From Camelus dromedarius (taxonomy: Eukaryota), in assembly GCF_036321535.1 (NCBI RefSeq), contig NC_087443.1, positions 80,848,001 to 80,912,000 of the forward strand: a stretch of 64,000 nucleotides of DNA, read 5' to 3'. Every line of letters starts with the position of its first letter. The stretch's first letter is position 1. Shown here piece after piece: positions 26,300 through 39,923 of the stretch. A program made the translations under genes and the position numbers. The notes under the pieces were generated by a model. That model worked only from the letters and a program-made list of their open reading frames with translations. It ran no database searches and was not told where the DNA came from.

Positions 26300-28700
26300 A
26301 CACTTTATTTCATTTTTAAAAAGGTAAAAATTACATGATAAATAAAATGCATAGACTTTTAAGTGCAAAGTTCTGTGGGTTTTGACATATGTGTACAGCG
26401 CCCACCAACACAAACCAGGATATAAAACCCTCTGGAAAGTTCCACTGGGCTCCCTTCCTGCCACCCCTCCCTGTTGGCATCCGCTGCTCTGCTTTCTCTC
26501 GCGTCGGACGGATTTTCCTTGCTCTTGAACTTCACATAAATGCAGCCTTACAGCACGTGCTCTTTTTATACTGAGTTCAACAGTGTTTTCGAGGTTTGCC
26601 CGTGTTGTTTTGTGTGTCAGTAAGTAGTTCCTTCTTTGTTATTAAGTATTGGCTTGTTGTGCGAATATACCAGAGGTTTGTATTCAGTGCCCTGTTGCTG
26701 GGCGTTTGAGTTGTCCAGTTTGGGGCTGCTGTGCCTAAAACTGCTGTGAATAGTCTCGTTCAAGCCCCTTTGTGGACGTGTTTCCATTTCCCTCGAGTGC
26801 GTCCCTTGCCGTGGACTTGCTGGATTGCGTGGCACATGGTTGTTTAGCCTCGTCAGCAGTTACCAGCACTTGCCCCGGAGCTGACGATTCACGTTCCCAC
26901 CCGGAAGGCACGGGGCCTCTCTGACTCCGCGCTCTCGCCGTTCTCGGGGGTGTGAAGTGTCCGCTCTCGTGGTGGTGGCGGCGGAAACCTGCCCTTTCCT
27001 GTTGGCGTACTTTGAACGCCGTTGTCAGTAAGCTTTCATCGTGAGGCAAATCTCTTTCCCGTTTTTACCTGGTGTTTTCTTGGCTCTTGTTGTCGTTCTG
27101 TGGCTCTGCTTACACGTCACCGATCGGGTGTAGGAACTGATCGTTTTCTCACAGTTGGAGGTTTCTGTTTTTATTTTTCTAATAACGGCTTTCAATGAGT
27201 AGAAGCCTTTAATTTTGAGGAAAACCAAAATGTTTTCCTTTCTGTCCAGTATATTTTGTGTATATTATTAAGACTATCAAATATATTAAGAAATATTTGC
27301 CTACTGTAATTTCACGAATATGTTCTTTTATAATTCTCTGAAAAATATTACAATGTTAGCCTTTTGTGTTTAGCCGTGTGTTCCACTGGCTTGAGTGAGA
27401 TACTCAGGTTTTCCCACAGTTCCTTAGTTGTTTCAGCCTTACTTGTTGGGGGAGAAAAACGATTCCTTTCCCCGCAGAATCACCTTGGTGCTTTTGTCAG
27501 AAATCGTCGGCCATACATGTGTGGTTGTATACGTCTGGACGCTGTTTCGTTGAACCAATTTTTGTGTCTGTCCTGGGCCAGTACATCACTGACTCGATCA
27601 TGCAGCTTTGTGGCAAGTCTTGAATTAAGGTAATGTGAGTCCTCCAACTTCTTTTTTCTTTTTTGCCCAGAAGGTTGTCTTGGTTTCTGGGTCTCAGTTT
27701 GCCGTGTTACTTTTAGAATCAAGGTGTCACTGTCTCCAAAAACGCCTGTTGGGGTTCTGAATGGGAGTCCACTGAATCTGTGTATCAGTTTGGGGAGGGT
27801 CGCCCCTTGTACTGAAATTTCTGGCTCATGACTGTGGTTTGTCTCCGCGTTTGTTGAGGTCTCTTTACTTTCTCTCAGTGCTGTTTTGTAGTTTCCAGCT
27901 GAAAGATCTTGCGTGTCTTTTATAAAACCGATTTCTGAATACTCTGTTTCTGATGGCGTTCTAAATCAGTTTAACTTTTTCTAACCTTTGAACAGTTGCT
28001 GCTGGCATGTAACACTTGAGTTGTGCATGTTGGTCCTGTTCTGCCATCTCCCTCAATTCACTTCCCAGTTCTAGGGGTTGTTTTGTAGTTTGCTTAGGAG
28101 TTTCTCTATGGAAAATCGCGATGTCTGTGAGTAAGCACGATCTGCTTCTCCCCTTCTGACCTTTGTTTCTAATTTCTTTTCCTTTGCTGCACTGGCTAGA
28201 AGCTCCAGGATGACGCTGAACAGAAGTCATGACAGTGGGCGTCCTTCCCTTGTCGCATCTGGGGGAACTGCCACCCTTGTGGACTTTCATGGGCATCCTT
28301 CTTCGCACTGAGAATGCTTCCCCAGTCTGTTGAATTTTGCTAAATGGTTTTTGTACACGTGTCAACATAATGATATTTTTCTCCTTCATTCTTTAAATGC
28401 TACGTAAGTTAATTTTAGAATTTTAAACCAATCTTGAAATGCTGTACATCACTTAATTCATGGCATCATCTTTTTTTCCCGTACATATTACTGGTTTGAA
28501 TTTGCTATTTTGTTTAGGATTTAGAGGTTTAAGTTCATGAGGGATGTTCATCTGTAATTCTTCTGCTAATGTGTTTGTGAGGTTTTGGTGTTGGGGTGGT
28601 TCTGACCACGCAAGATGAGTTTAGAAGTGTTCCCTCTTCTACTGTCCAAGAGTCATCTGAGGGAAGTTCTTCCTCAAGTTGGATGCCATCTGGGTCTGGT
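26300..28700 (-). mobile_element. Decayed 5'-truncated L1 (ORF2 RT region to 3' end)
   Basis: Minus-strand ORF remnants resemble L1 ORF2: KEIRNKG...TPKQTTKQPLEL (27961-28389), SRRIQPHMYGRRFLTKAP (27480-27722), FLKIKGFYSLKAVIRK...NCEKT (27025-27228). L1 3' UTR near 26300-26700. Confidence 0.9.
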
Positions 28701-31700
28701 AGCAAGGCTTCTGATCAGAACCCCCGTTGTCTGAGAGACATGCCACCTCACCCTCCTCGGGGGGCTCTCCCTCCACTTGGCTTTTTGCAGGCAGAGCCGT
28801 GCATACCCTCCAAGGCCTGCCCTCTGGCTCTGCTGATGTGGAGGACAGGGGCCGAGGGGACCTCACAGCATCCTGAAGGCTCCAGGTGCCCGTTGTCACC
28901 CTCCTTCCTGAGCCCTGGTGAGTCCTGGGCTCTTCATTTCCTCCGACACCAGGCTGCTGCTTCTGCAGGTGCATTGGACATCGGCCCCAACGTCCACAGT
29001 GAGATTCCTTTGCACTTCTGTGCAGAGTATTCCCCCGCTTCCCATGGAGTCCATTTACCCATGGATGTGACTTCTATGGCGGAGCACTGACTTCTGTGTG
29101 GGCTGTGTTACTCACCTTTCCTAAAAATAAAAATGAGTGAAGGATACCAGTTTGGAAAGCATTACAATCGTCTCAGCTTTATGACTTCCAGCCAGTGTCA
29201 GGCTTCCATTAACAGCTGTCGTATTGCAGAGTCACTGCTTTCCCAAGAGTTTGGCTGATTTCTCGCTGCACCATCTTCCTGTGACGACAGCGCTCTGGCC
29301 TCATCACTCCCACAAGGTCTGAGTCTGATGAGAAAGGCAGGAGGACGTATTTGTTTTTCTGATGTTGTCTGGGGCTTGCTTAGTTTCTGTAATGCTGCTG
29401 GTTGTATTTGATGATGTGAAAATGGACTGTACAACGTGGGCCACGCTTAACGTTACAAGGTAGCGGTCCGACCTCTGGATCTGGGAAGCAAGAGAGAACT
29501 GTGTGTACTTCACGTCTGCCAAAGAGCTACCTTTGCTTTTCATTTTAAAATTTCTTCTACGTAAAGCTTTATAGAACAATGCAGAAATGCAAAGTGAGAA
29601 AGTTAATAGTCCAGCCACACTAAGCGATTGTAAGACTGTCTATATTTAGAAAATTTTAAAATGCCATTTTTACTTGATCGGCACGTGTGGTGTCTTAGTG
29701 GTTGGGGGCAGTGTCGTCATTCCTGCCTCCTGGCACCTTGCCTGGTGCTGAGGGTGGGGAGGGGCACGTGGTCAGGTCTTACCCTCCTCCGACGACTTGG
29801 GTGGCTGGCTGCCCAGGGGGACGGGTGTGGGCCTGGACCCTCTGGGACCTGAGAGGGTGTCACTGCAGGGCCTCTGTGCTCTCCCTAGGGACAGAGGGGA
29901 GTCACCTGCCTCATTGGACACATGGCCGATTTTCACCCCTCAGTGTACCAAGGTCATCCCTCCACTGCAAGAGTGCAGATACCCGGCAGGCCTGTCAGTT
30001 TGAGCGGATAGTGAGTGATGGTTTCCGCTCGCATTTGCTGCTTTCCTGCCCATCGTTAAATATTTCCAGTTACTGAGTGGACATCAGGAGAACATGAGGA
30101 CGTGCGGGGCCTGTGTGGGTGGCTGACCCCCATGCTGGCCTGGGCCCGCCGCATGCTCCCCCCCACTCGGTGCCGCTCGGTCTGACCGTTCCCTCTTCTA
30201 GATGGCTCCGGAGGGTCCACGTGTCGTGAAACCTTCCCACGTGTTGTCGAAACCTTCTCGACAAATTGGGGAATTTTTATATAGATGCAGGCACTTACTT
30301 TATTATAATCGATCTTTCAAGGAAGAGAAGGAAGTGTTGTTAAGGATAAACATTTGAAGAAGTGCCCGTCAGAGAACCTGCGGGCGCCTCACCTGCACGC
30401 GCCTCACCTGCTCCGGAGCCGTCTCATCGCAGGTCTTCAGTGGCTCAAAATGATGACTTGTGTTGCGTGTGCTTAACAATGCAGTGACCTTATACTACAG
30501 CGTCTTCCTTAAGGAGGTCTCTTGAGTCAGATAAGCATGTTTCTGTGGGGAACTCTTGCCCTGCTCTCTCTGGCTTCAGAGAGATCGTGTTTTTTTAGAA
30601 CAAGCGTGTGGATGCCCTGGTGATTCTGGAAGGCCCACCCGCCACCAGCGGCTCCTCACCCACATCCGGGGAGCCCGCGGTGTTGACGCCTCGGTGCTCC
30701 GGTTCCTGGCGCAGGGTGCGTCATCAGCGGGGTGCACGGTGGCTCCTGTGTTACCAGCACACTGTGCCTGTTCTCTACTGTCGGGGTCCTTCACGAGTGA
30801 GGCGGTGGCGTCCTCTTCCAGGCTGGTGGCTGAAGAGGCGGGAGGGGAGCCGGGATGTGTCTCTTAAGAGAATCTCAAGGGGGGTTCCCTTGTTCCCAGG
30901 ACGGGGCAGGTCTGGGGCCTGGGGTGCCGCCTTTGGACATCAGTGAGATACAGGGACGTGCACGGTAGGCCTTCAGCTAACCTCGGGGTCATGGGGGAGA
31001 CTGGCCCCCTCCGAGCCCTCTGAGGGGTTGGCTCTGGGTTGACGCTGTCACTTGTGACTGCAAGGAAGTGGCGGGTAAGGCCCCTCCTGACGGAGCTGCG
31101 GGCTTTGCCTTGCACCACGGGAGACAGTCCCAGAAAGGCGTGGTGCCCCCTTCGTGTGCGGGGTGGTGTCTGGCCGGGGCCAGAAGAACTCCCAGTGCCT
31201 GGCCACCCTGCTTTCATCCTCTCCTCTTGACTTTTTCAAGTTTCTTAGAAACCGGTTCACTGTTTACCTGGGTCAGGGTGGAGCATGGTAGCAAGGCCGT
31301 TGGGCAGTTTTAAGTGAGTGTCACTGAGATTTAAAATTTTCTGGCTCCATCTAAGAAAAAAGAGCAACATGAAAGTTTTATTTCTGTCTGTCTTATTACT
31401 GTGTGGCAGCGAGACAGAAATGGCAAGACTCACATGCCCATGTCCATGAGCTAGAAGCAGGTCAGTTCACTTAATTTTAAGTCTGCCAGGATCCTCTTGG
31501 AAGGAAGAAAACAACAGCTGAGTGACAGCTACAAATATGTGGGTTCAAAATATGAACCAGGCTGTCAAAGGATTTTTTTTTTTTTGAAAGTTTCCGACAT
31601 TTGGAGCGTGAGCACTTTCGAGTAGAGGAGGTCGATGACTAATTTCAAGCAGAGGAGGGGGGTGTTTTCCTCTGTGGTGTGTGAAAAGGCCGCAGATCCT

Positions 31701-33168
31701 CTGCTCAGAATGGTCACTTTCCATTCCGAGGACTGTGGCCGTCCCCTTTGCTCGCTCCCGACTTTGAAAGGAAGGCCCCGTGGCCGTCCTGTCCCTTGAT
31801 GCTGCCGCACAAAGCCTTTCCCTGTTTCCGGAAGGCGGAGATGTGGGGGCCCTGATGCAGGGTCTCCAGGTGTGGTGTGGTCCCTGGAGGGCGGGTCCCT
31901 CACTGGGTGGGTGCAGGGCTCACAGATTGTAACTGGCGCCTTGAGGGGTGTCCCATCCTGGTTGAAGCTTGGGCTCCTGCAGATTCTCCGCAGGCAGCAG
32001 CTCTGAGCCTCAGGAATGGGCCCCGTGCGTGTCGGCCCTGCTCTGAGGCCACGTCATCGGGGTCTCCCCACCATGGCCCTCTGGGGGCGTCTCTGCCCTG
32101 CAGTGCGTGGGCCCCTCCTGCCACCTCCCTGCTGGCCTGTCTTGGTGGCTTTGCGCCTCCCCTGCTGTCCCTGCCCGCGTGCTGGTCTCCCGAGCCAGCC
32201 TCCCGCGGTCCTCTCTCCTTCCACGGTAGGAGTGGGCCTTTCCGTCCCTGGTGCTCCTTCTCGGCCCTCTGAGCAGTTGGAGAGCATGAGACAGTCCTCG
32301 TTGGGGTTTAGTAGCTGAGAACTGGGGTGACTTCGGGCTGGGGGCCTGCATGAGGGTGTCTTTAAGTAGTATGTTCACCAGTCCGTATCTAATTTGGAAA
32401 TTTTGGCTCAAAACTCACCGTTGTGGGAATGAAAAGGTTACAAGTATCTGCCCTCATAGGCGTTGGCCTTCCTCACAGACATGAGCACCGCTGCCTTTCG
32501 GGATGCTCACGTGCTGGTGTTCAGAGCTTGTCAGGAGGTGCCGGGCCCATTTCCTAGGGGGCAAAGCTGAGGCCACTCAAGGAGCCAGGGAGCTGTAACT
32601 AGGGCCTCCTTGTGCCTCCTCTGTAGCCCGTCGTCCCTCAGGCCGTCCCCCTCTCCTTTTGTGAAGGAAAACTTTGATATCTGAGACCACTGACATGCAT
32701 TTCTCATATTGTGTCTTTGGATTTTGATTTCCAGAATTTTTGTTGTTCATGTATCTCTAATGTTTTCTGGCATTTAAACCGTCTGTGACTAGTGAATAAT
32801 TTTCGATTTTTTCTTGTTTTTAAAATGTTAATGGTGTTTAAGCTGTAAACTCTGAAAAAATACTTGGTTTGTTACATTTATTTTCTTTAAATTGTGTCAG
32901 TAATTAGATCAGCTCCTTGGCGTACAGGCTAGCTCTCGCATGCTGATGAGCTCAGAATTTAAATTGAGTTAAAGGTTAACTGAGTTTAATTTTTGAATGG
33001 AACTGAAGCATTGTCTTGTGTCCGATTCATCTAGAATTTTTATTTCCAGTTGCTGTATCCAGTGACAGAAGTGGGTCTTCTTGTGATAAAAGCATTGAAT
33101 TCATTAAGGATCATGTTAGAGTCTCTTGCTGGTGGACTTGCCATGTGTCAGTGTCTATGGTGTGCCTT

Positions 33169-33257
33169 GGGGACAGGCCTGGGGGATGGTGCTGTCATGA
33201 CGGGGACAGGCCTGGGGATGATGCTGTCATGACGGGGACGGGCCTGGGTGGATGGTG
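33169..33257 (+). repeat. Minisatellite, 32-33 bp unit, about 2.7 copies
   Basis: Unit ggggacaggcctgggg(g)atg(g/a)tgctgtcatgac starting at 33169, 33202 and 33234. Confidence 0.9.
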
Positions 33258-34944
33258 GAGCGTGCTGTTCTGCCTCCGTGGAGGGCACGTGTGAGCAGGT
33301 GTGGGGGATGTTTAGATGGTGGGAGGGGTGATGGCTCGGGCCATGCCCAGGGTGCTGACGGTAGCACCTACTGGGGCTGCCCGAGGTGGGACGTGGTCTG
33401 GCAGTGGGACCAGTGGGAGTTGGCGTCGAGGGATGCGGGGCCTGGCGGGAGGAGGAGCGTGTGGCGATGCCGTGGGCCCTGGCGTGGATAACTGACCGGT
33501 GGGGAGGGTATGGGGGCACCTAGAGGAGAAAAACATCTGGAGGGACAGCTGGATGAGGGAGCCGGTCGAGAAGAAGCACCCAGAAACCTGAAGACGAGCA
33601 GGACGGGGAGGACGGATGGGGAGGCCAAGGACCGGGCGCCGTGTCGACTCTGGTTTGGCGCATCTTTTCCCTGCAGTGTCGGGCTCTGGGGAGGTCTAAT
33701 GCCGACTCGAGTTTCCCTCAAGCTCTGCAGCGGGGGTTCCTGGGCGCCTGGCCTTTCCTGAGACCGGCGTCTCGCTGCCGGCGACTTTGAGCTTTGACTC
33801 TGGAGGCTGGGGCCGTGCTCGCGGTCACCCCGGCCGGGTCTGCCCTGGAAGTGGCTCTGTCCAGAATCGAGATGGACCGAGCGGAACGCGGGTGTGCTGT
33901 GCCTCGTGCTCCGAGAGGGGGTCCGAGTGCCCCTCATCCTTGGTCAGTCCTGGGCACTTTGTGCTGGGGCCAGGCGCTGTCTCCCCAGAATCTCTGTTCA
34001 CCTCGTTGGCGAACTCTACCATTTCCCTGCAGGTTGGGCCCCAGTCACGGTTCCGACTGCCAGGAGTTGAGAGAGGTGCTCTCCGCCGACTTTCTGTGTC
34101 TTGGCTTGACCTCGTCAGTGCTGACGGCTCTGGGGCTCTTCCCCTCTTCTGTTACCAGGACTCCTCTAGTGTCACTTAGCGTTTCTCTAAGAGCCCCGGT
34201 GTGCCTCTTTATAAGCATTTCTGTGACACGCCCCCTGGTCTGTTCTGCACACACGCGCGTGCACACAAATACTTTTTAAATAAACAGGCTGACATTCTAT
34301 GCTAAGGGCACCTGTGGATTCAGAGTGGTTCTGCAGGAGGACGCCGGTCCTCTCAGACGGGCGCTGACTTCAGCTTTTGGCATCACGTGTTGTGTGCAGG
34401 GGGGACTCGCTCTGATTGTTGCTGATGGAATCCCTGTTGTTACTTTGGAAGCTGCTTCTCCCGTTCTGTCTTCAGAAAGTTGGCCTCCCTACCCTCACCA
34501 ACCAGCACGAGTGAAGCTTCAGGAAAGGCCCTCACTTGACAGCGCCCCTCGCGGGAGGGACGCGGGGACTGTTCACCCTTCTGAGTGAGCGGCGCTCGGA
34601 ACCTGCAGCGGGTGAAGCAGACACTTCCTCCCGCAGATGTCTCCACCCGGAGCCCACGCTGTCCGGTGGGGGAGCTGTGTTGCTGGGGGGGGCAGCACCC
34701 ACTCCAGCCTAGGGTCAGGGCTGGGTTGCCAGCCAAGAGTTTCCGCACGCAGACTCCGCGCGTTCCAACCAGTTTCTGCGGGGTGTTCAGATTGCCTGGC
34801 AGTGCGCTGTCAGCAGTTCTGCAGGGGCGCAATCACTTCATGAGGAGAAACCCCTTTAAGACTTAACTCATCACAGCGGGAAGGTACGCGCTTCGGGCTG
34901 TGCTGCTTCAGGTGTTCGCTGCTCAGAAGGATGCCCTGTGTGTA

Positions 34945-34970
34945 GTGTGTGTGTGTGTGTGTGTGTGTGT
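34945..34970 (+). repeat. (GT)13 microsatellite
   Basis: Read directly from the sequence. Confidence 0.95.
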
Positions 34971-37484
34971 TCTATATATGCGTGTGCGTGTGTGTATAAG
35001 TGCGTTCTAGACATTTCTGTTCTGCTGCTTTAATGTTGTGTCCACTAAAAATACATCCCTATAAGCCTAGGGGAAATGAAATTGCTGTTCCATCACAGAC
35101 ACCCCAGGAGTAGGCCCCCCAAAATGCGGTTTTTCTCTCAAATTCATCTGGAAAAACACTTAGCTTTCTGATCTGTAGTTTATCCAGTTCAGGGCTCTGT
35201 TAGGAAGAGTTACTGTGTAACTGAGCACTGTTTTTATTAAAAAGAACTGGGCCGCTTATTTCCTTCAAAGTTTCTGGAGTGTTTAAATCTTCTTTAGGTA
35301 AACAAAACTTTAATTGAAAATAATATTTTGAGACGAACACCTTGGTCACCACAAGTGGTGCTGACAGCCCTCTGCTGGTCCTGCAGGCAGTCTGGTCTCA
35401 CGTGTGACTCCTGGGCATCCGTGGGGGGCCTGTGGGGGGTGGCGGGTGGGCGAGGGGCAGGGGGGCGGCACTCATCTGCAGCTCCCAGGGGTGTTGCGGG
35501 TGGAGATGGGACCTGACGCAGGGCCATGACCGTGGAGGGGCCGGGTCTGGATGGCAGCGTGTTGTGGCGTGCGGCGGACACCCGCAGACGGCCTGTGGCT
35601 GTGTCTGTCCCGGGACAAGGAGAGCGGGGCGGGGCAGGCGCTCCTGCCTCTGAGTCCCAGCCGGCGTGCAGGCCTGTCCTCCCCGGCCCGGGCTCCGCGG
35701 GCCTGTCTGTCTGTGCTGTGGCTTCCATCGGTTTGCACACCAGCAAACTTTTCGGAAAACTGAGGAAATGCTGAGATCTGCTTCAGTCACTAAGAATTGT
35801 GCAGGCAATGGCAAGGGTCTGACTGGCAGACCTTGCCACACTCTGAGCGCCTCTCCGCACATCACTCTTGGAATTTCCTGGGTCCCTGGATGGTCCAAAC
35901 TGTGAGGCCCCTTGGGCAGCATCTGGGCCAGCCCGTTACTCCCCAGAGACAGAAAGCAGAGTCCAGGGACTGAATGTTGCCGGGGCCCCCATGGCTGGAG
36001 GCCCCTCATCCGAGGCTCCTGCTGTCTCCGAGGGCTCCTTCGGGGTGGCTGCTCATCCCTTGTTCGCCGCGCATGTTGCTGGCCCCATCAGCTAGGGTCT
36101 GAGCCTCGGCCGGCCTGCCCTCGGCGGTGGTGGGGTTTGGAGGGTCATCTGCGAGCTTCATGAGCTCCGAGTGGAGCTGACCGGGTGAGAGCGGGCAGCA
36201 GACCCGGGCGGAAGGATGGGGCGCTTGGTGCTGGAGCACTGAGCCCTCTGGGAGGGGGAACCCGGGGCGGGGAGGAGGCAGGGCAGACATAGTCCCTTCT
36301 TCCACAGCCCACGAGAAGGGGATGGAGGCGGAGCACAGACCGCGCGTGGCCGGCCTTGGGCTCGGACCTGCTGCCTCCCGCTCTTTGCTGTCCTGCTTTC
36401 ATTGCAAAGAGTGGGAAACTGCAGCTCGTCGACTTCTGTTAGAATTCCTTCATTTACCGGATTGGCAAGTATGTCGAGGGAAGAGAGGAGTGCCTTACAC
36501 TCTCAGCGTGTCCTGCCCTGAGCCGCTCCTCCTGTCCTGTGGACACGGTGTTAGTACGAGGGCTGGGTTCTGCCTGTGACTTCTGTCCCCACTTCATCAG
36601 CTCCCCAACTCTACACCTTCCTCTCCTTCACTCTGTCACGCCAGCTCTGGGGATCCCTGATCAAAGGGATAGGTGATCATGTGATACCTTGTTTTTTGCA
36701 TCTGAGTTTTCGAGAGCTCTCCAGATTTTTATTGCCTAAAGTTCCATATGCTGTAGACATAATACCGTCAGCTGTAAATTGCCTTCTGGAGAAGAAACTG
36801 ACAAACAACTTTATAATTGCGTTTCTAGCCTTCATATCTGAGGGCCAGCAGCATGTTCAAGATTTATGGAGTTCCTGAATTTAAACTGTAAGCAATAAAA
36901 TTTTCTTAAGGTGGGTCCCCATCTGCATCTATTATTACAAACCCCTTCAGGTTACTTTAGCATATGACATGTTAATAGTTTTTTTCTTCCTTTTACTTTT
37001 TGACAAATTACGTCTAAGGAAATGAGTTTGCCTGCATAGAAAGTTATCTGTGTTTGCAAACTTGAACAGTTTTGCTGGTTAAGCAGTCTAGGGATGATAA
37101 ACTTTTTTGTCAAAGTATGACTTGGGTGCTGCGTTAAAAAGAATCACAGCTCATGGGAGAAGTTCGTTGTAAAGGACGCCGCTGCACCTCTGCCCGGGGC
37201 GCTGTAGGGGTCGTTGGAACTGGCAGAGCTAAAATATGTATCCGCTTCTTAAGATGCATCTTCAGTTTATTTCCCTGATAACGGAGGAGCAGAGGTATGA
37301 GCCAGAGAGAAATGGGCATCATTTTGTCCAGAGGATTAGCAGGACTGACCGGCTGACTGGCTGACCACCTCGTTGGATGGTTAGCCCTCAGGGGACAGTG
37401 GAGTCACAGGCTTGTAGCTGGGGAGGGAAAGAAATCCCCTTTTGTGCCTGAATAATCAATACTGTTTTGACCCAACTACTGCTT

Positions 37485-37720
37485 CTCCTGTAAAATATAC
37501 ATAACATAAAATTCACCATTTTCACCATTTTTAAGTGTACAGGTCCGTGGCGTTAAATACATTACATTGCTTTACAACCGTCACCTCCATCCCATTTGAG
37601 AACTGTGTTCATCTTCCTGACGCAGCTCTGTGCCATCAAACAGTAACACCCCGTGGGCTCCGAGCCCAGCCTGGTCGCCAGCAGCCTGCTTCTGTCTCTG
37701 CCGGCACTTCTGTGACACCC
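37485..37720 (-). mobile_element. L1 3' end (L1MB-like)
   Basis: aaaatatacataacataaaattcaccattttcaccatttttaagtgtacag...ggcgttaaatacatt...gcttctgtctctg. Confidence 0.8.
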
Positions 37721-39895
37721 AGAGCCGCTGGGTGCCCCCAGACCAGGAGACGCCTGTCTGAAGGCCCCGTCCGCCCCCGCAGATGCTAGCAAGCTGCCTT
37801 GGCTCCAACAGCAGGCGGCTCAGGGCTGCGGTGCAGGGACAGGGAGTGCTCCCGGGTGGCTCCCCGTCCGGGAGTGTGGGGGCTGCTGGGCCAGCATGGC
37901 CAGACTTTGCTGCCTGGTGGGGAAGAACCCGGGAGAAATGCAAGGTTGTGGGGAGGTCTTGCTGATAAAAACAGGACCCCAGGACACAGAAACTGTACCG
38001 TGAGGCAAAGCACCTCTGGAGGCAGAAAGGCACCATCCAAAGGCGAGTGTTGAAAGGACGCTGGACTGACCCGGGGCTTTCTGCCTGTGGTCCTGTCTGT
38101 GATGCTGTCGGGTTTTTCCGGAGAGGAGGTGGCGGAGGGTTGGCAGGGAAGACCACGGACACGGGCGGGGGGATGCAGGCCCCCGGGTGCTGCCACCACT
38201 CCCTCTGGGAGCCCCCAGCTGCTAATTCTCAGTGGATCTGGGCTGCCCTTGAATTTGTAATCTCACAGTTTCCAGGGCCGTTTTTACACCCTGACTTTAA
38301 GTCTGTGCATTTCTGAGGTGCTTTCACCTGTAACGTTAACTCTTTCGTCTCTGTCTGTAGTTAATGGGCTGTTACTACTGGTGCAGGAACAGAACCAGAG
38401 CATCAGTCAAGCACGGGGAGATCTGTGCTGGACATACCTCACGTGCCGTAGAGGAAGCTGCAAGTCAGCGTGCGGCCTGGGGGCCCAGCCTGCTCCCCCC
38501 AGGGCAGCTTCCCCTCATAGGCCCCACCGCTGTCCTCTGGAGCGGCCGGGCTCTGAATCACAGAGGGGTCGGCGCCTGCATGTGCTTTCGACCCTGCCTT
38601 GGAGTCCAGGTGCTTTACTGAAGTGAGAGGTTTCAGTGCTGTCTGTGGGGCTGATGATCAGGTTTATAGTCGTGAAGCCAGAGTAAGAGGAACCCCATTG
38701 TTGTGTCGCCAGTAGCTGCTACAGCGACCCTGGTCATGGGTGAGTTAGTGATGAGGGGACGCTGGGCCCAGGAGGGCAGCTTGGTGAGGGTCCGGGCGGG
38801 GCTCCCCTCTCCCCGGACACTCTGGGAGGCCCGGACCTGCCGCAGCGAGAGGCGGGCTTGGCCGTGTGACTTCTGTGGCCCGAGCTGCTGGAGTGGAGAC
38901 CAAGCACAGCCCGTTGGTGGCTTCTGCTGCCATCTTCACCGTGAAGAGAATGTGCCCCGGACCGTCCTCTGCTCCCAGAATGTGACATACGGTGAGCAGC
39001 ACAGTCCCGCACCCCCGGGAGCGCGGGGCCGGGCTAGCCGTCTGTCCACATCGCAGAGGTGCAGCGGGTTGGGTGTTGCTGTGGGGGGTCACCGGGGCCC
39101 CTGGAGCTGCCTCGGGCCCGGCAGTGCACACCCTGTGCGTGTGGACCTCGGGGAGGGGTGCGGATCCTGTTACTTATTTCTCCGAGGGGAGGAGGCTCCT
39201 ACACACGCCCGGGAAAGGGATATGAGAAGGCGAAACGTGGGCCCGTCCTTGTTGAGGTCGGCCAGTCCCACGTGTGGATTCCGGGCAGGTGTTTGGTGCG
39301 CCTTGAGCTAGTCCGGGCTCACTCGTGAGCCGGCGATGCTTGGCTGTGCAGAGTGTGCCAGGCGGCGTCTCCCCCGGTCAGGGGCCCGGCTCCATGTTCA
39401 CGGAGAGCTCTGCCTCGGGAGTGTGTCTCCTGCCCGCCCCCCCAGGGACGCCCCGTGCCGGTCTTGCGAAGGCTGCCCTCGGGTGAGTCGCGGCCCCGTG
39501 GGGTCACTGGAGGAAGGCGTCCGCCGAGGGCCTGCAGCACGGGCACCAAGATCCAAAGGCCTGGAAGTCACCTCCGCTCCACAGTCTTCCCAGAAGGTGG
39601 TTCTGTGTTTTCCACAGATACATAACCTTTCAGTGTTTTTCCTGGCATTGTCATTAATGTATGTAAAAATATTAAAAGCCCTTGTATATTACATCAAAAA
39701 CTATGTCAGCTGCTCTGCTTTTTTCTATTTATTAAAACTTTTCAAGCAGTGAAAACATTTTACTTGTTAATGAGGGAAAGTGGGAAAATTAATGACATAG
39801 AGCTCGGATCCACCAAGACGTCTCCTCTTAACCACACAAGGCGGCTCGCTCCCCGCCGCACACGCTTTAATTTCCGGGACAGGGTTCAGCGGGCA

Positions 39896-39923
39896 GATGC
39901 AAATGGATTTAATGATTTGCATC
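39896..39923. promoter_or_regulatory. Inverted pair of canonical octamer (POU-binding) motifs
   Basis: ATGCAAAT at 39897-39904 and ATTTGCAT at 39915-39922 with a 10-bp spacer. The motifs are exact; function is unproven. Confidence 0.5.

Noticed and set aside
33169-33257. Short repeated units considered as a CRISPR-like array
   Set aside because: The units are contiguous with no unique spacers and the context is eukaryotic. No prokaryotic or viral insert was recognised anywhere in the window.
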